DNA of 64,000 nt from an uncultured Porphyromonas sp. (GCF_938023125.1 NZ_CALHDW010000017.1:218289-282288); one strand, 5' to 3'. Counted from the stretch's first letter, positions 27,756-38,341 are shown. Notes: generated by a model from the letters alone, not told the origin. A program made the numbers and translations.

Positions 27756-28415
27756 TTAGGAAAGACTTCCGGCTCTAAAAAGCTGATGGGCAATACCCGA
27801 AAGTCTATCGCGTAACAAACTGAGGTCGATCCCCAAATCCTCCGAAACGGCTTGATAAATAGTCTCAATAGGGAGAGAAGAATCGTCGGTCTCGAGAAGC
27901 AATCGACCCGCCTTCCAGGCCTCACATAGGGATTCTCTGTTATAGTAGCGGCCAAAAGAGAGCCAGACACCTAGCTGAAGCAATCGTTGTGCTAGGAGAG
28001 CTTTTCCTCGAAATCCATGTACAATAAGAGGAACCGTAGGGCGTGATCTGCGAATAAAATACTCTAGCTCTTGCCAACGCTTCACGACATGCAAAACCAT
28101 AGGTAGCCGATTCTCTTCGGCAATCTGCCACTGAGCCTCTACGAGCTGCTGCTGGTAATCCATCGCGGCTAGGGAGTGGGCATCCCATCCTGCCTCTCCC
28201 ACGGCTACAATCCGGCCCTCCCGGGCTAACTTATTCAACTGATCTAATGCGATTTTTACAGTGGGAGAAGAAACTTCCCGAGGCAACGACCAAGGGTGTA
28301 GCCCCACAGAGAGATAGGGACAATCGGCCTTAGAGGGCACCTCTTCTCGCAAGAGGTCGCAGCTACAGAGGGAAAAACGCCTCCTTTGATGGGAATGAAA
28401 ATCCCAGAAATCCAT
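27756..28415 (-). CDS. TatD family metal-dependent hydrolase (DNase)
   Basis: The metal-binding motifs FHSH, GEAGWD and HGFRG. The start is either 28415 (MDFWDFHSH) or 28454. Confidence 0.75.
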   Translation of the reverse strand: MDFWDFHSHQRRRFSLCSCDLLREEVPSKADCPYLSVGLHPWSLPREVSSPTVKIALDQLNKLAREGRIVAVGEAGWDAHSLAAMDYQQQLVEAQWQIAEENRLPMVLHVVKRWQELEYFIRRSRPTVPLIVHGFRGKALLAQRLLQLGVWLSFGRYYNRESLCEAWKAGRLLLETDDSSLPIETIYQAVSEDLGIDLSLLRDRLSGIAHQLFRAGSLS

Positions 28416-28472
28416 CGAAGAATTTGGTTGTATTAAGGCTGAAGAATGTTCCATAGTGGTAGAGAACCCTAT

Positions 28473-28724
28473 TTAAGGTACCGGATCGTACCCACTTCCG
28501 CCCCACGGATTGCACCTCAAGATGCGCCAAATCGTCAACCACACGCCCTTAATCGGGCCATGCTTACGGAGTGCCTCCAAGGCATACTGCGAGCAAGTGG
28601 GAGTAAATCGGCAGGAGGGAGGGAACAAGGGAGAGATCGCCCCTCTGTAGAAGTGAATGGGGGCAGAGAGAAGCACTACGACCCAATGCCTGAGTCTCTT
28701 TTGGTTTCTTTTTTTACTGCTCAT
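28473..28724 (-). CDS. yidD: membrane protein insertion efficiency factor
   Basis: 83 aa with [28 protein letters not shown]...[17 protein letters not shown]. Confidence 0.85.
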   Translation of the reverse strand: MSSKKRNQKRLRHWVVVLLSAPIHFYRGAISPLFPPSCRFTPTCSQYALEALRKHGPIKGVWLTIWRILRCNPWGGSGYDPVP

Positions 28725-29124
28725 AACGTGCCACCTCTCGCTCTAAGCGGCGCAATGTCTTTTGCATGGCAGCCGTCACTTGAGAGAATGAAGGGAGCTC
28801 TTTATCCAGCATTAGCAAAGCAAAATGTATGGTAAGCCCCTTGGCTTCTATCTCATTATAGAGTGGGGATTTTTGTAGACGATAGGCCTCTCGGATCAGA
28901 CGCTTTACCCTATTGCGGTCGACAGCGTGCTTAAAACGCTTCTTGGCAACACTGATCAAGACAGATAGAGCCGGCTTGCCCCCCTCTCCCCTGGACCCAA
29001 TACGGTACACAACCCGTAGCGGATAAGCGATAAAGGATCCCGAACTTTTCTCAAAAAGACAACGGATATCGTCGCGAAGGTAGAGCCGCTCGGGTTTGGT
29101 CAAGCCCAACGCCTTACTCGGCAT
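28714..29124 (-). CDS. rnpA: ribonuclease P protein component
   Basis: 136 aa and basic, with [18 protein letters not shown]. It overlaps yidD by 11 nt. Confidence 0.85.
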   Translation of the reverse strand: MPSKALGLTKPERLYLRDDIRCLFEKSSGSFIAYPLRVVYRIGSRGEGGKPALSVLISVAKKRFKHAVDRNRVKRLIREAYRLQKSPLYNEIEAKGLTIHFALLMLDKELPSFSQVTAAMQKTLRRLEREVARYEQ

Positions 29125-29869
29125 GCTCGCTGAGATACTTCTCTAGAGCAACGACCATGCTAGGGCACTCTGGGGTGGGAGCGGTAAAGTCGACACGCAT
29201 CCCACGCTCCTTTAGGGCCTCTGTGGTGAGGCTACCAAAGGAGCCAATTACCGTATTCCCCTGCTCAAAATCGGGATAGAGCTCCTTCACAGAGCGAATC
29301 CCGTAAGGGCTGAAAAAGAGTATTATATCGTGATCTATAGGGAGAGGCTCCTCGAAGTCTCGAGTGACCGTACGATACATTACTGCACTATGGAAAGTTA
29401 TTTTCTTCTCGGTAAGCTTATCAAAAAGCTCTTGACCATGGTCCTCTGCCACCGGTACAAAGTAGGTCTCTTTGGCATGCTTCCCTATCACCGTGAGCAT
29501 ATCAGCTAGGGAGAAACTATTGGGAGCATAGAATACCTTGCGTTTGCGATACACGATATACTTTTGGAGGTAGAGGGCAACGGCCTCACTCTGGCAAAAG
29601 TATTTCATCCCCTCGGGTATGGTGAGCCGAAGTTCCTTAGTCAGTGCAAAAAAATTATCTATTGCGCTCTTCGAAGTAAAGATAATTGCGCTATGCCCCA
29701 AAATATCCACGCGCTGGCGACGAAACTCTGCCGCCTCCACGGGTACTACCTTGATGAGCTGACGAAACTCTACTTCGTAGCCGTACTTCTCTGCGATTGA
29801 AAAATAAGGAGAGTGCCCAGAGACGGGCATAGGTTGCGAAATCAAGATCTTTTTTGTTGGTGCAGCCAT
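29114..29869 (-). CDS. hemD: uroporphyrinogen-III synthase (HemD family)
   Basis: Start at MAAPTKKILISQPMP (complement of 29867-29869). The HemD-like alpha/beta repeat fold is assigned with help from the conserved context upstream of rnpA in Bacteroidota. Confidence 0.6.
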   Translation of the reverse strand: MAAPTKKILISQPMPVSGHSPYFSIAEKYGYEVEFRQLIKVVPVEAAEFRRQRVDILGHSAIIFTSKSAIDNFFALTKELRLTIPEGMKYFCQSEAVALYLQKYIVYRKRKVFYAPNSFSLADMLTVIGKHAKETYFVPVAEDHGQELFDKLTEKKITFHSAVMYRTVTRDFEEPLPIDHDIILFFSPYGIRSVKELYPDFEQGNTVIGSFGSLTTEALKERGMRVDFTAPTPECPSMVVALEKYLSEHAE

Positions 29870-29898
29870 CTCGCTTGTGTCTATTCGTATAGTGAATA

Positions 29899-30573
29899 CT
29901 ATCCTCGCAACAGTGCCCAAAACAATAGTACGAAGGGCACTATTTCGTGGGCACAAAGGTACAAAGAAAGTAGCATATAAGAAACACCTTGCGCACGTAG
30001 CAGCGGTAAAGTACGACGTAATAACAGCAGTCTCCAAAGCAAAAAAGCCCCTAGAGAAAGCCAGGCTCCGATCATAAAGGTATCCTCTCGAAGCTCCAAT
30101 ATTATAGCAACATACAGCGGAAAAGACCAAATCCACTCCAAAAGAGCATAACCACTAGCCCACTCTTCGTAAACTCGTGGCTGAAGATAGACCCACCCTA
30201 GGAAGCGATAGAGAATGCGGCGGACCCAAAAGAAGAGAAGAAGTGCCCCCAAGAGACCCAAATAGCCCATCACCATGTAGTGGGGAGCTTTGTCTATCCA
30301 AAAACCCTCTCTATCGAGGTAAATAAAAGAAGTTAGAGCCAAAAGCATCGCAGAGAGCATACGGCCCGATACCCGAAAGAGCCAGCTGGGGATATTCCGA
30401 TGCATCTGAACAAAAAAAAGTTGCTCGCGCTGGTAAATAAAAGCCTCCACAACCATGCGCATCAATCCGGGCACTCGATAGGCCACCACTCCCATAAGTA
30501 GAAGACCTAAAGTAAGTACCGAAAAGGCAACATCGCCTACAATCTGCCCGGACCAAAAAAGCATTCCCTGCAT
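29899..30573 (-). CDS. DUF4271-like polytopic membrane protein
   Basis: About 6 TM helices (MQGMLFWSGQIVGDVAFSVLTLGLLLMGVV...). It occupies the conserved position upstream of hemD. The start could also be 30642. Confidence 0.5.
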   Translation of the reverse strand: MQGMLFWSGQIVGDVAFSVLTLGLLLMGVVAYRVPGLMRMVVEAFIYQREQLFFVQMHRNIPSWLFRVSGRMLSAMLLALTSFIYLDREGFWIDKAPHYMVMGYLGLLGALLLFFWVRRILYRFLGWVYLQPRVYEEWASGYALLEWIWSFPLYVAIILELREDTFMIGAWLSLGAFLLWRLLLLRRTLPLLRAQGVSYMLLSLYLCAHEIVPFVLLFWALLRG

Positions 30574-30711
30574 ACCGATGGCAAAGGTACAAACAAAAGA
30601 GGGCTCAGAGGTGTACCCCCCCCCTGCACATCTTGCCGACAATTGCCCCCAAGAAAAGAGAGGGCTTCCGAGATAGTGTAGCAGAAGTTGCAGATGAGTA
30701 AAAAAAGAAAA

Positions 30712-30740
30712 CCCCTACACCTTCTACGAAAGCATAGGGG
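30712..30740 (-). terminator. rho-independent terminator downstream of tRNA-Phe
   Basis: Stem cccctac...gtagggg. Read on the minus strand, the hairpin is followed by ttttctttttttac (complement of 30698-30711). Confidence 0.5.
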
Positions 30741-30758
30741 AAATGAAACTTACATGAG

Positions 30759-30831
30759 TGGTGCCACCAGGAATCGAACCGGGGACACAAGGATTTTCAG
30801 TCCTTTGCTCTACCAACTGAGCTATGGCACC
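30759..30831 (-). tRNA. tRNA-Phe (GAA)
   Basis: The reverse complement reads GGTGCCATAGCTCAGTTGGTAGAGCAAAGGACTGAAAATCCTTGTGTCCCCGGTTCGATTCCTGGTGGCACCA. This is a canonical cloverleaf with anticodon GAA and a TTCGATT T-loop, and CCA is not encoded. One C:U mismatch is read in the T-stem. Confidence 0.85.
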
Positions 30832-31018
30832 ATCAGTCTTTTAGGAAGAACCCTCTCTCTCAAAGGGCATGCTCTCCCTGAAACCGGTCACAAAGGTACG
30901 AATAGTTTTGAAATAAACAACACCTTGGGCAAAAAACTTCTACAAAAACTTCTTCCAGTCTGCCTCCAACCAGCCCTACACACATGCATATAAAACTGTA
31001 TTCTAGGAGATTAAGAAA

Positions 31019-32260
31019 CTAATCCTCCACCAATCCATCTTCCGAGAAGGCCTCGTTATAATCTTGGAATAGGAAGTCGTTGTAGGGATAACGCTTGATA
31101 TGGATCTCTCGCACCTTATCATAAAGGAGAGCTCGTAGCCCCTCAATACCATCTCCCGTGTGGGCAGAGACGAACAAACAGTTCTGCCCCAACTTTGCCA
31201 TCCAAGAGCGCTCCAGCTCCTCTCGGCTATAGTTTTCTCTACTCTTGGGGGTGAGGTCGTCCTCATCTTTCGGGGTGAACGTGAAGGCATCAATCTTGTT
31301 GAAAATGAGAAGGGTTGGCTTATTCTCGTTGCCCAAAATATCTCGCAAAGTAGCCTCTACCACAGCGATTTGCGACTCAAAGTCGGGATGCGACAAATCC
31401 ACAACATGAAGCAGTAGATCGGCCTCTCGCACCTCGTCCAACGTACTTTTGAAGCTCTCAATCAGTTCCGTGGGGAGCTTGCGGATAAACCCAACCGTGT
31501 CACTCATCAAGAAGGGGAGGTTGTGCAGGATTACCTTTCGTACTGTGGTGTCGAGTGTGGCAAAGAGCTTATTCTCGGCAAACACCTCGCTTTTGGAGAG
31601 GACGTTCATTAGTGTTGACTTCCCCACATTGGTGTAGCCCACTAGAGCTACTCGTACCATTTTTCCTCGATTCTTACGCTGTACGCTTTTCTGTTTGTCT
31701 ATACGCACGAGTTCTTCTTTGAGGCGACTGATCTTATCTAAGATGATGCGCTTGTCGGTCTCCAGCTGTGTCTCCCCGGGGCCGCGCATCCCAACGCCTC
31801 CACGCTGCCGCTCGAGGTGTGTCCAAAGACGCGTAAGACGAGGGAGCATATAGCGGTATTGAGCGAGTTCCACCTGCGTTTTAGCATGTGCCGTTTGTGC
31901 CCTTGTGGCAAAAATATCGAGGATAAGGCTGGTACGATCCAGGATGCGCACTCGCAGAACCTCTTCTATACAGCGGAGCTGCTTGGGGCTTAGCTCGTCG
32001 TCGAAGATGGCCAGGCCGATTTCGTTTTCTTGTATGTAGGAGGCTATTTCTTCGAGCTTTCCCTTTCCTACAAAGGTGGCGGAGTGAGGCATATCTAGCC
32101 GTTGTACAAAACTTTTGACTGGAGAGATCCCAGCCGTGGTGGAGAGGAAGGCAAGCTCATCCAGGTAGTCTTGTACCTGACGCTCGGTTACTTTCGGTGT
32201 AATAAGCCCCACGAGCACGGCACGCTCAGAAGAGGTCTCGGTAAGTATAAATTCTTTCAT
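31019..32260 (-). CDS. hflX: GTPase HflX
   Basis: Start at MKEFILTETSSERAVLVG (complement of 32258-32260). G-domain motifs GYTNVGKST and DTVGFI, with the HflX N-terminal domain. Confidence 0.9.
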   Translation of the reverse strand: MKEFILTETSSERAVLVGLITPKVTERQVQDYLDELAFLSTTAGISPVKSFVQRLDMPHSATFVGKGKLEEIASYIQENEIGLAIFDDELSPKQLRCIEEVLRVRILDRTSLILDIFATRAQTAHAKTQVELAQYRYMLPRLTRLWTHLERQRGGVGMRGPGETQLETDKRIILDKISRLKEELVRIDKQKSVQRKNRGKMVRVALVGYTNVGKSTLMNVLSKSEVFAENKLFATLDTTVRKVILHNLPFLMSDTVGFIRKLPTELIESFKSTLDEVREADLLLHVVDLSHPDFESQIAVVEATLRDILGNENKPTLLIFNKIDAFTFTPKDEDDLTPKSRENYSREELERSWMAKLGQNCLFVSAHTGDGIEGLRALLYDKVREIHIKRYPYNDFLFQDYNEAFSEDGLVED

Positions 32261-32271
32261 TAAATAGAAGT

Positions 32272-34719
32272 TCAGAAGTCGATACGGAGGCGAGCATTGA
32301 GCTGCCTGCGTGTGAGGTAATTGGGCACGGCAAATTGCTGATGAAAGGCATCCGTAACCCAATAGAAGCCACTTACGTTGGTATTATCGAGGAGGTTGAA
32401 GCACTCAAGACTGAGGTCTACTGCCGAGAAAAGCTTCCAAAAAGAGCTCTTGGCTCGCGCTGTATCTGTTGAGCGATCAAAGAACCTATATATAAGCCCG
32501 AGGTCTACACGTTTGTAGGAGGAGCCGATAAAAGCTGGGGGCAGGAACTCCTCCGTGGGGCGGAACTGAGGCAATCCGCCTGAGAGCACCCCACGCAAAC
32601 TCAAACGGATGCGCTTGTAGCCTGGGAAATAATCTTGGAAAAACAGGGATACGTTGTAGCTAGGTGCATTGGGTAGAGGCATCTCTCCGATACCGGGTAT
32701 ACGCTGCTTACTCGTCAGTAGAGAGGCTGTGAGCCACGAGTCTACATCGGGAACAAATTGTCCAAAGAGCTTCAGATCAATCCCAGCCACATACCCCGAT
32801 CCCGTGTTAGTACCTAGGTAGCGTACCTTTACATTGTCCACTCGGTAGGGATTGAGGTGGTACAGATACTTATAATATAGTTCGGTAGTAAAGCGGAAGT
32901 TGCGCCCATCGAATCGGAAGTTGTAGTCTCCTCCCAAGAGCACATGCAGGGAGCCCTGTGATCGGATTTGCTTATTCAGTACAACAATATTATTATTCTC
33001 TTGGTCTCGCTGTGAGGTGCGAATCTCTTTATAGAAAGGGGCTTGATAGTACAAACCAGTAGCAAATCGCAGGGTAAGAGCCTTCTGACGAGTCGGGGTA
33101 AAGGCAGCAACAAAGCGCGGACTCGCGATAAACTCCTTGTTAAATCCCCAAAAAGAGGCACGAATCCCAGGGTAGAGAGACAGCTCGCCCTGAGGCAGTT
33201 CGAGTGAAAATTGATCTACAAGATAAGCGGATAGCCGGTAGCTACGGAGGTGATTTTGGGAGTAGAGGTTGTGCAACATCTCTATCCGGTCGCTATGGTG
33301 GGGTACGTTGTATCCGGCGGAGTCGCGTCTCGTCCACTCGCTGATAAAGTCGTTTACATCCTCAAGTCGGGCACTCAAGCCTCCCTTGAGCAGGTGCCCC
33401 TGTTTCAGTTGTAGCAGGTTACTATAAGAGAGTGTAGCCAGCGTGTAGCGCAAGCGATTGCGAGCATGCTCCATATTGGTGCCCGTTGCCAGGGCACTCA
33501 AGTTGTCACTTACGTTGGGCTGCTCCCCACCTCCCTCCTTGGCATTATCGAGGAAATAGGAGCCATCTATGTCGTAGGTTTCCATTTCCCGACTATTGTA
33601 GAAATGCACACTCACTACATGGCGCTGCTCCGATGAGGGAGTATAAGTGGCACTGAAGGCTCCAAAGAGAGAGACAAAGCGGTCGCGCTCTTGCCCCTCG
33701 AAGTAGATCTTTAGTTTCTTTATGTCGGATAGGGTACCAAAACTCGTCTCTCTGGTCTGAGGCTTAAACTGATAATGTGTGAGGGAAACATTCCCCAAGA
33801 AACTGAGCGACCAGCGATCACTCAAGCGCCCCACAATATAACTTTGGGCATCGAAGTAGAGAGGTTCGTATTCTCCCTTCGTATCAAGAGAACCCAGCAG
33901 AGTGCGTCCATCTTTGAATCTTAAGCCTGTAATCTGACTCAATCTCTTCCCATGCGAACCAATATATACCTGATCGCCCTGCAAGCCGGCCTCCACCGAG
34001 CCCTCGAATTCCTTCGGGGTTTTGTAACGAATATCGAGCACCGAAGACATTTTATCCCCATACTCCGCCGTGAATCCTCCTGCAGAGAAATTGACCGACT
34101 GGGTCATATCGGGGTGAACAAAGCTCAAACCCTCTTGCTGAGCCGTGCGAACAAGCAGGGGACGTGGAATTTCTATGCCATTTACATAGACCATGTTTTC
34201 GTCGTAATTCCCCCCACGCACCGAGTATTGCGCACTCAGTTCGTTATTTTGCGTCACTCCGGCATAAGTTCCAACAAGGGACTCAACACCCGAAGAGGGG
34301 CCTACCGCTACACGGATGTTTTCCGCAGCTATGGTCGTCATATTCTGTTGCTTCTTGGAGGGAGCTGCCACCACTACTGTGGTTAGCTCGGTAGAGGCGT
34401 CGGGCAATGTCACATTGAGCCGAAGGTCTTGAGTGATGCCTTTTGGGAACGTCTTGGTTACCGAGCGATAACCCATACAGCTAAACTCCAATGCTATAGA
34501 GTCCGTTGTGGACGAAAGTGCGAGCGAATAGGCTCCCTTGAGATTGGTCGCAGTACCTATTGCCTTGCCTGCCACCTTTACAGAAGCTAGCTCTATGGGT
34601 TTATCCTCACGGTCTATTACGTATCCATATACCTTGATACGTTGCTGCGACCACGCCCCTCCCGCCGTAAGGCAAAGGAGAAGTAGACCTATCCAAATAC
34701 GGTGCATTAGCTCTTTCAT
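32272..34719 (-). CDS. TonB-dependent outer-membrane receptor with N-terminal carboxypeptidase-regulatory-like domain
   Basis: Signal peptide, then KVYGYVIDREDKPIELASVKV (CarbopepD_reg-like), then a plug and about 22-strand barrel ending in the aromatic residues RLRIDF. The ATG at 34719 is preferred over the TTG at 34728 used by the ORF track. Confidence 0.8.
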   Translation of the reverse strand: MKELMHRIWIGLLLLCLTAGGAWSQQRIKVYGYVIDREDKPIELASVKVAGKAIGTATNLKGAYSLALSSTTDSIALEFSCMGYRSVTKTFPKGITQDLRLNVTLPDASTELTTVVVAAPSKKQQNMTTIAAENIRVAVGPSSGVESLVGTYAGVTQNNELSAQYSVRGGNYDENMVYVNGIEIPRPLLVRTAQQEGLSFVHPDMTQSVNFSAGGFTAEYGDKMSSVLDIRYKTPKEFEGSVEAGLQGDQVYIGSHGKRLSQITGLRFKDGRTLLGSLDTKGEYEPLYFDAQSYIVGRLSDRWSLSFLGNVSLTHYQFKPQTRETSFGTLSDIKKLKIYFEGQERDRFVSLFGAFSATYTPSSEQRHVVSVHFYNSREMETYDIDGSYFLDNAKEGGGEQPNVSDNLSALATGTNMEHARNRLRYTLATLSYSNLLQLKQGHLLKGGLSARLEDVNDFISEWTRRDSAGYNVPHHSDRIEMLHNLYSQNHLRSYRLSAYLVDQFSLELPQGELSLYPGIRASFWGFNKEFIASPRFVAAFTPTRQKALTLRFATGLYYQAPFYKEIRTSQRDQENNNIVVLNKQIRSQGSLHVLLGGDYNFRFDGRNFRFTTELYYKYLYHLNPYRVDNVKVRYLGTNTGSGYVAGIDLKLFGQFVPDVDSWLTASLLTSKQRIPGIGEMPLPNAPSYNVSLFFQDYFPGYKRIRLSLRGVLSGGLPQFRPTEEFLPPAFIGSSYKRVDLGLIYRFFDRSTDTARAKSSFWKLFSAVDLSLECFNLLDNTNVSGFYWVTDAFHQQFAVPNYLTRRQLNARLRIDF

Positions 34720-34939
34720 TGTCCACAAAGATAGATAATTGTAAGGATAAGAAGGACGAACAACTCTCAGCGAGTCCGTATTTTACTCTGCCCTATTTTA
34801 AGAAAAATCCTGCCCTAGAGAGAATATTTCTTTAGGCAAAAAGGGATCGGATTCTGCCCTGCAACCGAAAGAAAATCAGCGACATTTCTAGGGACAAGTC
34901 ATCAAGAGATTAGGAGGCGATGCCCCGAACAAACAAAAA

Positions 34940-34966
34940 TGCCGAGCAATTTTGAGATTACTCGGC
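34940..34966 (-). terminator. candidate terminator for the wza-wzc-php operon
   Basis: Stem tgccgag...ctcggca. On the minus strand it is followed by atttttgtttgtt, about 60 nt after the php stop. Confidence 0.45.
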
Positions 34967-35028
34967 AGGGGTTTTCTCGAAAGTTCTCAAGGAGAAGGCG
35001 ATATGCCTACTCGTAAAGGGATGGAGGA

Positions 35029-35772
35029 CTAGGCCTTAGGGGCTAGGAGGGTCCTGTTGTTGTCCATTAAGGCGGCGAGGCGAGACTCAAAGCGTCCGGG
35101 CAACAATGGCTGCTCGGTTACCCGGTCGAACTTCTCCTTCCGATGCGTATCCGTCCCCACAAAATCATAGAAATCGTCAAGCAACAACTGCCGAGCACGC
35201 TTCTGCACTGCCTCCCCATACATACCCGTAAGAGAGAAAAGATTGAGCTGGAGTGAGGCGCCCAAATCTTTGAGATCTTCGTACTCCTTAGTAGAAAAAT
35301 AGAGATAACGCTCCGGATGTGCAAGGAGAGGCTTTGCCCCTGAAGAGCGGATGGAACGAATGGAATTGGGATAATCCATCGGTGCTCCGGCAAAGGAAAA
35401 CTCAAAAAGGAGGTAACGAGAGTCTCCTAATGTGAGCAAAGGCTCATCAAGATGTGCCTCAAACTGATCGTCGATCATGTACTCAGCCGCCAGACGAATC
35501 GACACCTCGGGCATCGAAAGCTCTTCTAAGAAAGCATCGAAATGCTCGCGTAAGGAGATGGAATTATTCTGGGGATAGCGATGATAAATATGCGGAGTGA
35601 AGATAAAGTTCTCTACCCCAACTGCCCCTAGAGCTTGCAACAGAGCTCGAGACTCATCCATGGAACGAGCGCCATCATCTACCCCGGGCAGGAGATGACA
35701 ATGCACATCAACCATACCCTTGAGCCATCCCTCTCGAACAATATTTAACTCACGTCGCTTTAGAAAAAACAT
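35029..35772 (-). CDS. PHP-family manganese-dependent protein-tyrosine phosphatase (CpsB/YwqE/Php-like)
   Basis: MVDVHCHLLPGVDDGA is the hallmark of CpsB-type PHP phosphatases. About 230 aa. Confidence 0.8.
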   Translation of the reverse strand: MFFLKRRELNIVREGWLKGMVDVHCHLLPGVDDGARSMDESRALLQALGAVGVENFIFTPHIYHRYPQNNSISLREHFDAFLEELSMPEVSIRLAAEYMIDDQFEAHLDEPLLTLGDSRYLLFEFSFAGAPMDYPNSIRSIRSSGAKPLLAHPERYLYFSTKEYEDLKDLGASLQLNLFSLTGMYGEAVQKRARQLLLDDFYDFVGTDTHRKEKFDRVTEQPLLPGRFESRLAALMDNNRTLLAPKA

Positions 35773-35801
35773 CGCATCACCCTGCTACAAAGCGCAACAT
35801 C

Positions 35802-38306
35802 CTAGCTACCATAGGAGCCGTACGATCCATACCCACCATAAGATCCATATGCTCCGTAGCTACCATAGCTGCTACCTGTAGTACCACTCATGGCCCCTGC
35901 ATCATTGAGTACAATTGCAGGATTGATCAGTTTCTTAGACCTATATAAAGCCTCGATTTCCAACAATAAGGGTCGTGGCAAGTGACCTTCGCGTACTATT
36001 ACCATAGTCATATCCGCTACTCGATTCGTAATAAGAGCATCTGCTACATTCACAAAGGGAACACTATCAATAAGGATATAATCGTACATTTCGCGCACCT
36101 TATCAATGAGTTCAGCGAATCGATCTCCTAAAAGCAACTCTGTAGGATTGGGCGGGACCACACCTGCGGGAAGGAAGTCAAATGGCGAACTTGCATCTAT
36201 CCGAACAATCAGATCCGACAGATCGGTACTGCTTCCAAGTAGATAAGAAGAAAGCCCTCCCTTGCTACGTTGGGTCATATAAGAGGCCAGAGCATCACTA
36301 AGACTCGCCTTACGAATATCCGCATCAATGAGAAGCACTCTATGCCCCTCTAGGGAAGCAAGGCAAGAAGAGAAGTTGGCCGAGATAAATGTCTTACCAG
36401 ACTCTGGGATGGCACTTGTGGTCATAATCACCTTTCCCTTGCTCTTTATCCCATGAAGCATATAGGCAAGATTTGTACGAACCACCATGAAGGATTCACT
36501 AATAACCACACGTTCGTTGGCGTTAAACACCAGGATATTCTTGTGTCTCTCCTTCTGACGCAAACGTCTTTCACTCTCCTTCGTACGGAAAATCTTAGGG
36601 ATAATTCTGTGGTGCAAAGACTGCGTTTCGTAACGAGGAATCTCCCCCAAGAATGGCAATGAGGTGTACGACTCAATGTCTTTGCGTCCCCTCACCTTAT
36701 TATTGATGATGAAACGGAGGTAGAGCACCCCTGCCGGGAAAATAAGTCCTAGTAAGAAAGCGACCAAAAGAATCATGCCCTTACGAGGAGCAATAGGGAT
36801 GGAAGACCCCATCGCTGGCTGTATCAAACGAATCTCAGAGTCAGCTGCTTCTATAGTAAGAGAGTTCTTTTCTCTCGCATTGAGTAGGAACAAGTAAAGT
36901 TCCTCCTTAATTTTTTGGTTTCGATAGATCGAGCCTACCACTTTCTCTTGCATCGGAACTGAGGAGATACGATCCTCGTTAAGTCCGGCCTGTCTATTGA
37001 TACTTGCGGCCTGCACCGACAAAGATTTGATCAGATTGTCTACCGACTTAACTACAGCCACGTGCATGGAGGCCAGTTGCTTCTCTAGGCTCTCTACCAC
37101 GGGGTTTTGCGTTTCGGCATTAGCGATCAATTGGTCACGACGCAAAAGAAGGGAGTTGTATTCTCGGATCAAATTATCCGCAGAGATATCATTAAGCCCT
37201 ACATTGGCAGGGATAAGTTCGTTCTTCGAGCTAGGAGACTTTAAGTAATCCCTTAGGTAGTTGGCCACCGCAAGCTTATTATTCACTTCGGCCATCTGCC
37301 GTGCAATTTCGGCAGTACCCGTAATGTAGCTTCGAGCCTCCTGCTGGATATCGGCAATACGATTATTCTGTTTGAATTGCTCTATTTCTGTATCAACGCT
37401 ACCTAGCTCCCCTCCGATAATTGCGAGACGTCCATCGATAAACTGCTCAGTTTTCTGGGCGATCCGCACCTTTTCCATACGAGAGTTCTCATTATAGATC
37501 TGCACGAGGGTATTGAGGAAATCCTCTGCAACTTCAGGGTTTTGATGCTGCATTGTCAAGGTGATAATGCTCCCTTGTTTGCTTGCAGCCGAGACGTTGA
37601 AGAGATGAGAATACGAGCGGATGCTTCTCTCTCTTGTATTCTTATCTACCTCGAGGGAGATGGAGTTCCCGGACGAGGGGAAATGCTCGGTAGCCGTAAC
37701 CAACACTCGCCCCACAGGCGTATTTTGGGGAACGCCCAGTTGCACCTGAGTAGTTGTACCCTTAGCCGCTTCGATAGAAGACTCCTCACAATGGAGGGAA
37801 ACATGGTTAGCATCAATCGAAGAGACCTCCAATTTACAAGAGAGATCAACGCTATTATCTAGGAAACGCACCTGAATAGGCGCATCTTTATAAAGCATGC
37901 GCTTACCGATCCCCTTACGTCTCGAGTAGGATACATCCAAGTTAAGACGCTCTATTACTTGGTCTACAAGAAAGTCCGTCCTTAGGATAAAGAGTTCGTT
38001 TTCCACGGCGCTCTTCCCTCCCAGAGAGGTTAGGGCAGAAGACTCGAAGAGCTCGCTGAGCACATTCGAGGCATCCATCTTATCTTTGACCAATATGCTG
38101 GCTTCGCGCTTATAGACGTTGGGAGTCCGCAAGAGGTAGATGGAGGCACCTCCCAGAGCAAGGCATAGAGTTATTGCAAACCAATACCAATTGGAACGTA
38201 AGATAAGCCCTATATCCGAAATGGTAATAAATGATGCAGCTTCTGCGAGAGAAGAGCGTTTGAGCTCTTGGTCCATAGATTTTGTTTCGGATTCTCTATA
38301 CTCCAT
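35802..38306 (-). CDS. Wzc-like polysaccharide co-polymerase fused to a BY-type tyrosine autokinase
   Basis: 834 aa. N-terminal Wzz/GumC-like two-TM periplasmic domain with coiled coils. C-terminal Walker A AIPESGKTFISANFS and Walker B LLIDADIRKAS. Tyr-cluster tail YGSYGAYGSYGGYGSYGSYGS. Confidence 0.85.
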   Translation of the reverse strand: MEYRESETKSMDQELKRSSLAEAASFITISDIGLILRSNWYWFAITLCLALGGASIYLLRTPNVYKREASILVKDKMDASNVLSELFESSALTSLGGKSAVENELFILRTDFLVDQVIERLNLDVSYSRRKGIGKRMLYKDAPIQVRFLDNSVDLSCKLEVSSIDANHVSLHCEESSIEAAKGTTTQVQLGVPQNTPVGRVLVTATEHFPSSGNSISLEVDKNTRERSIRSYSHLFNVSAASKQGSIITLTMQHQNPEVAEDFLNTLVQIYNENSRMEKVRIAQKTEQFIDGRLAIIGGELGSVDTEIEQFKQNNRIADIQQEARSYITGTAEIARQMAEVNNKLAVANYLRDYLKSPSSKNELIPANVGLNDISADNLIREYNSLLLRRDQLIANAETQNPVVESLEKQLASMHVAVVKSVDNLIKSLSVQAASINRQAGLNEDRISSVPMQEKVVGSIYRNQKIKEELYLFLLNAREKNSLTIEAADSEIRLIQPAMGSSIPIAPRKGMILLVAFLLGLIFPAGVLYLRFIINNKVRGRKDIESYTSLPFLGEIPRYETQSLHHRIIPKIFRTKESERRLRQKERHKNILVFNANERVVISESFMVVRTNLAYMLHGIKSKGKVIMTTSAIPESGKTFISANFSSCLASLEGHRVLLIDADIRKASLSDALASYMTQRSKGGLSSYLLGSSTDLSDLIVRIDASSPFDFLPAGVVPPNPTELLLGDRFAELIDKVREMYDYILIDSVPFVNVADALITNRVADMTMVIVREGHLPRPLLLEIEALYRSKKLINPAIVLNDAGAMSGTTGSSYGSYGAYGSYGGYGSYGSYGS

Positions 38307-38341
38307 GGTTCGTTGTGCAGATATGTGTGTGTGGGGGGATG

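Noticed and set aside
30759-30831. Apparent C:U mismatch in the T-stem of tRNA-Phe (CCCGG / CCTGG)
   Set aside because: All other arms and the anticodon loop are canonical. A single non-Watson-Crick pair in a T-stem is tolerated in some tRNAs, and a hand-transcription error cannot be excluded. It is not reported as a pseudo-tRNA.
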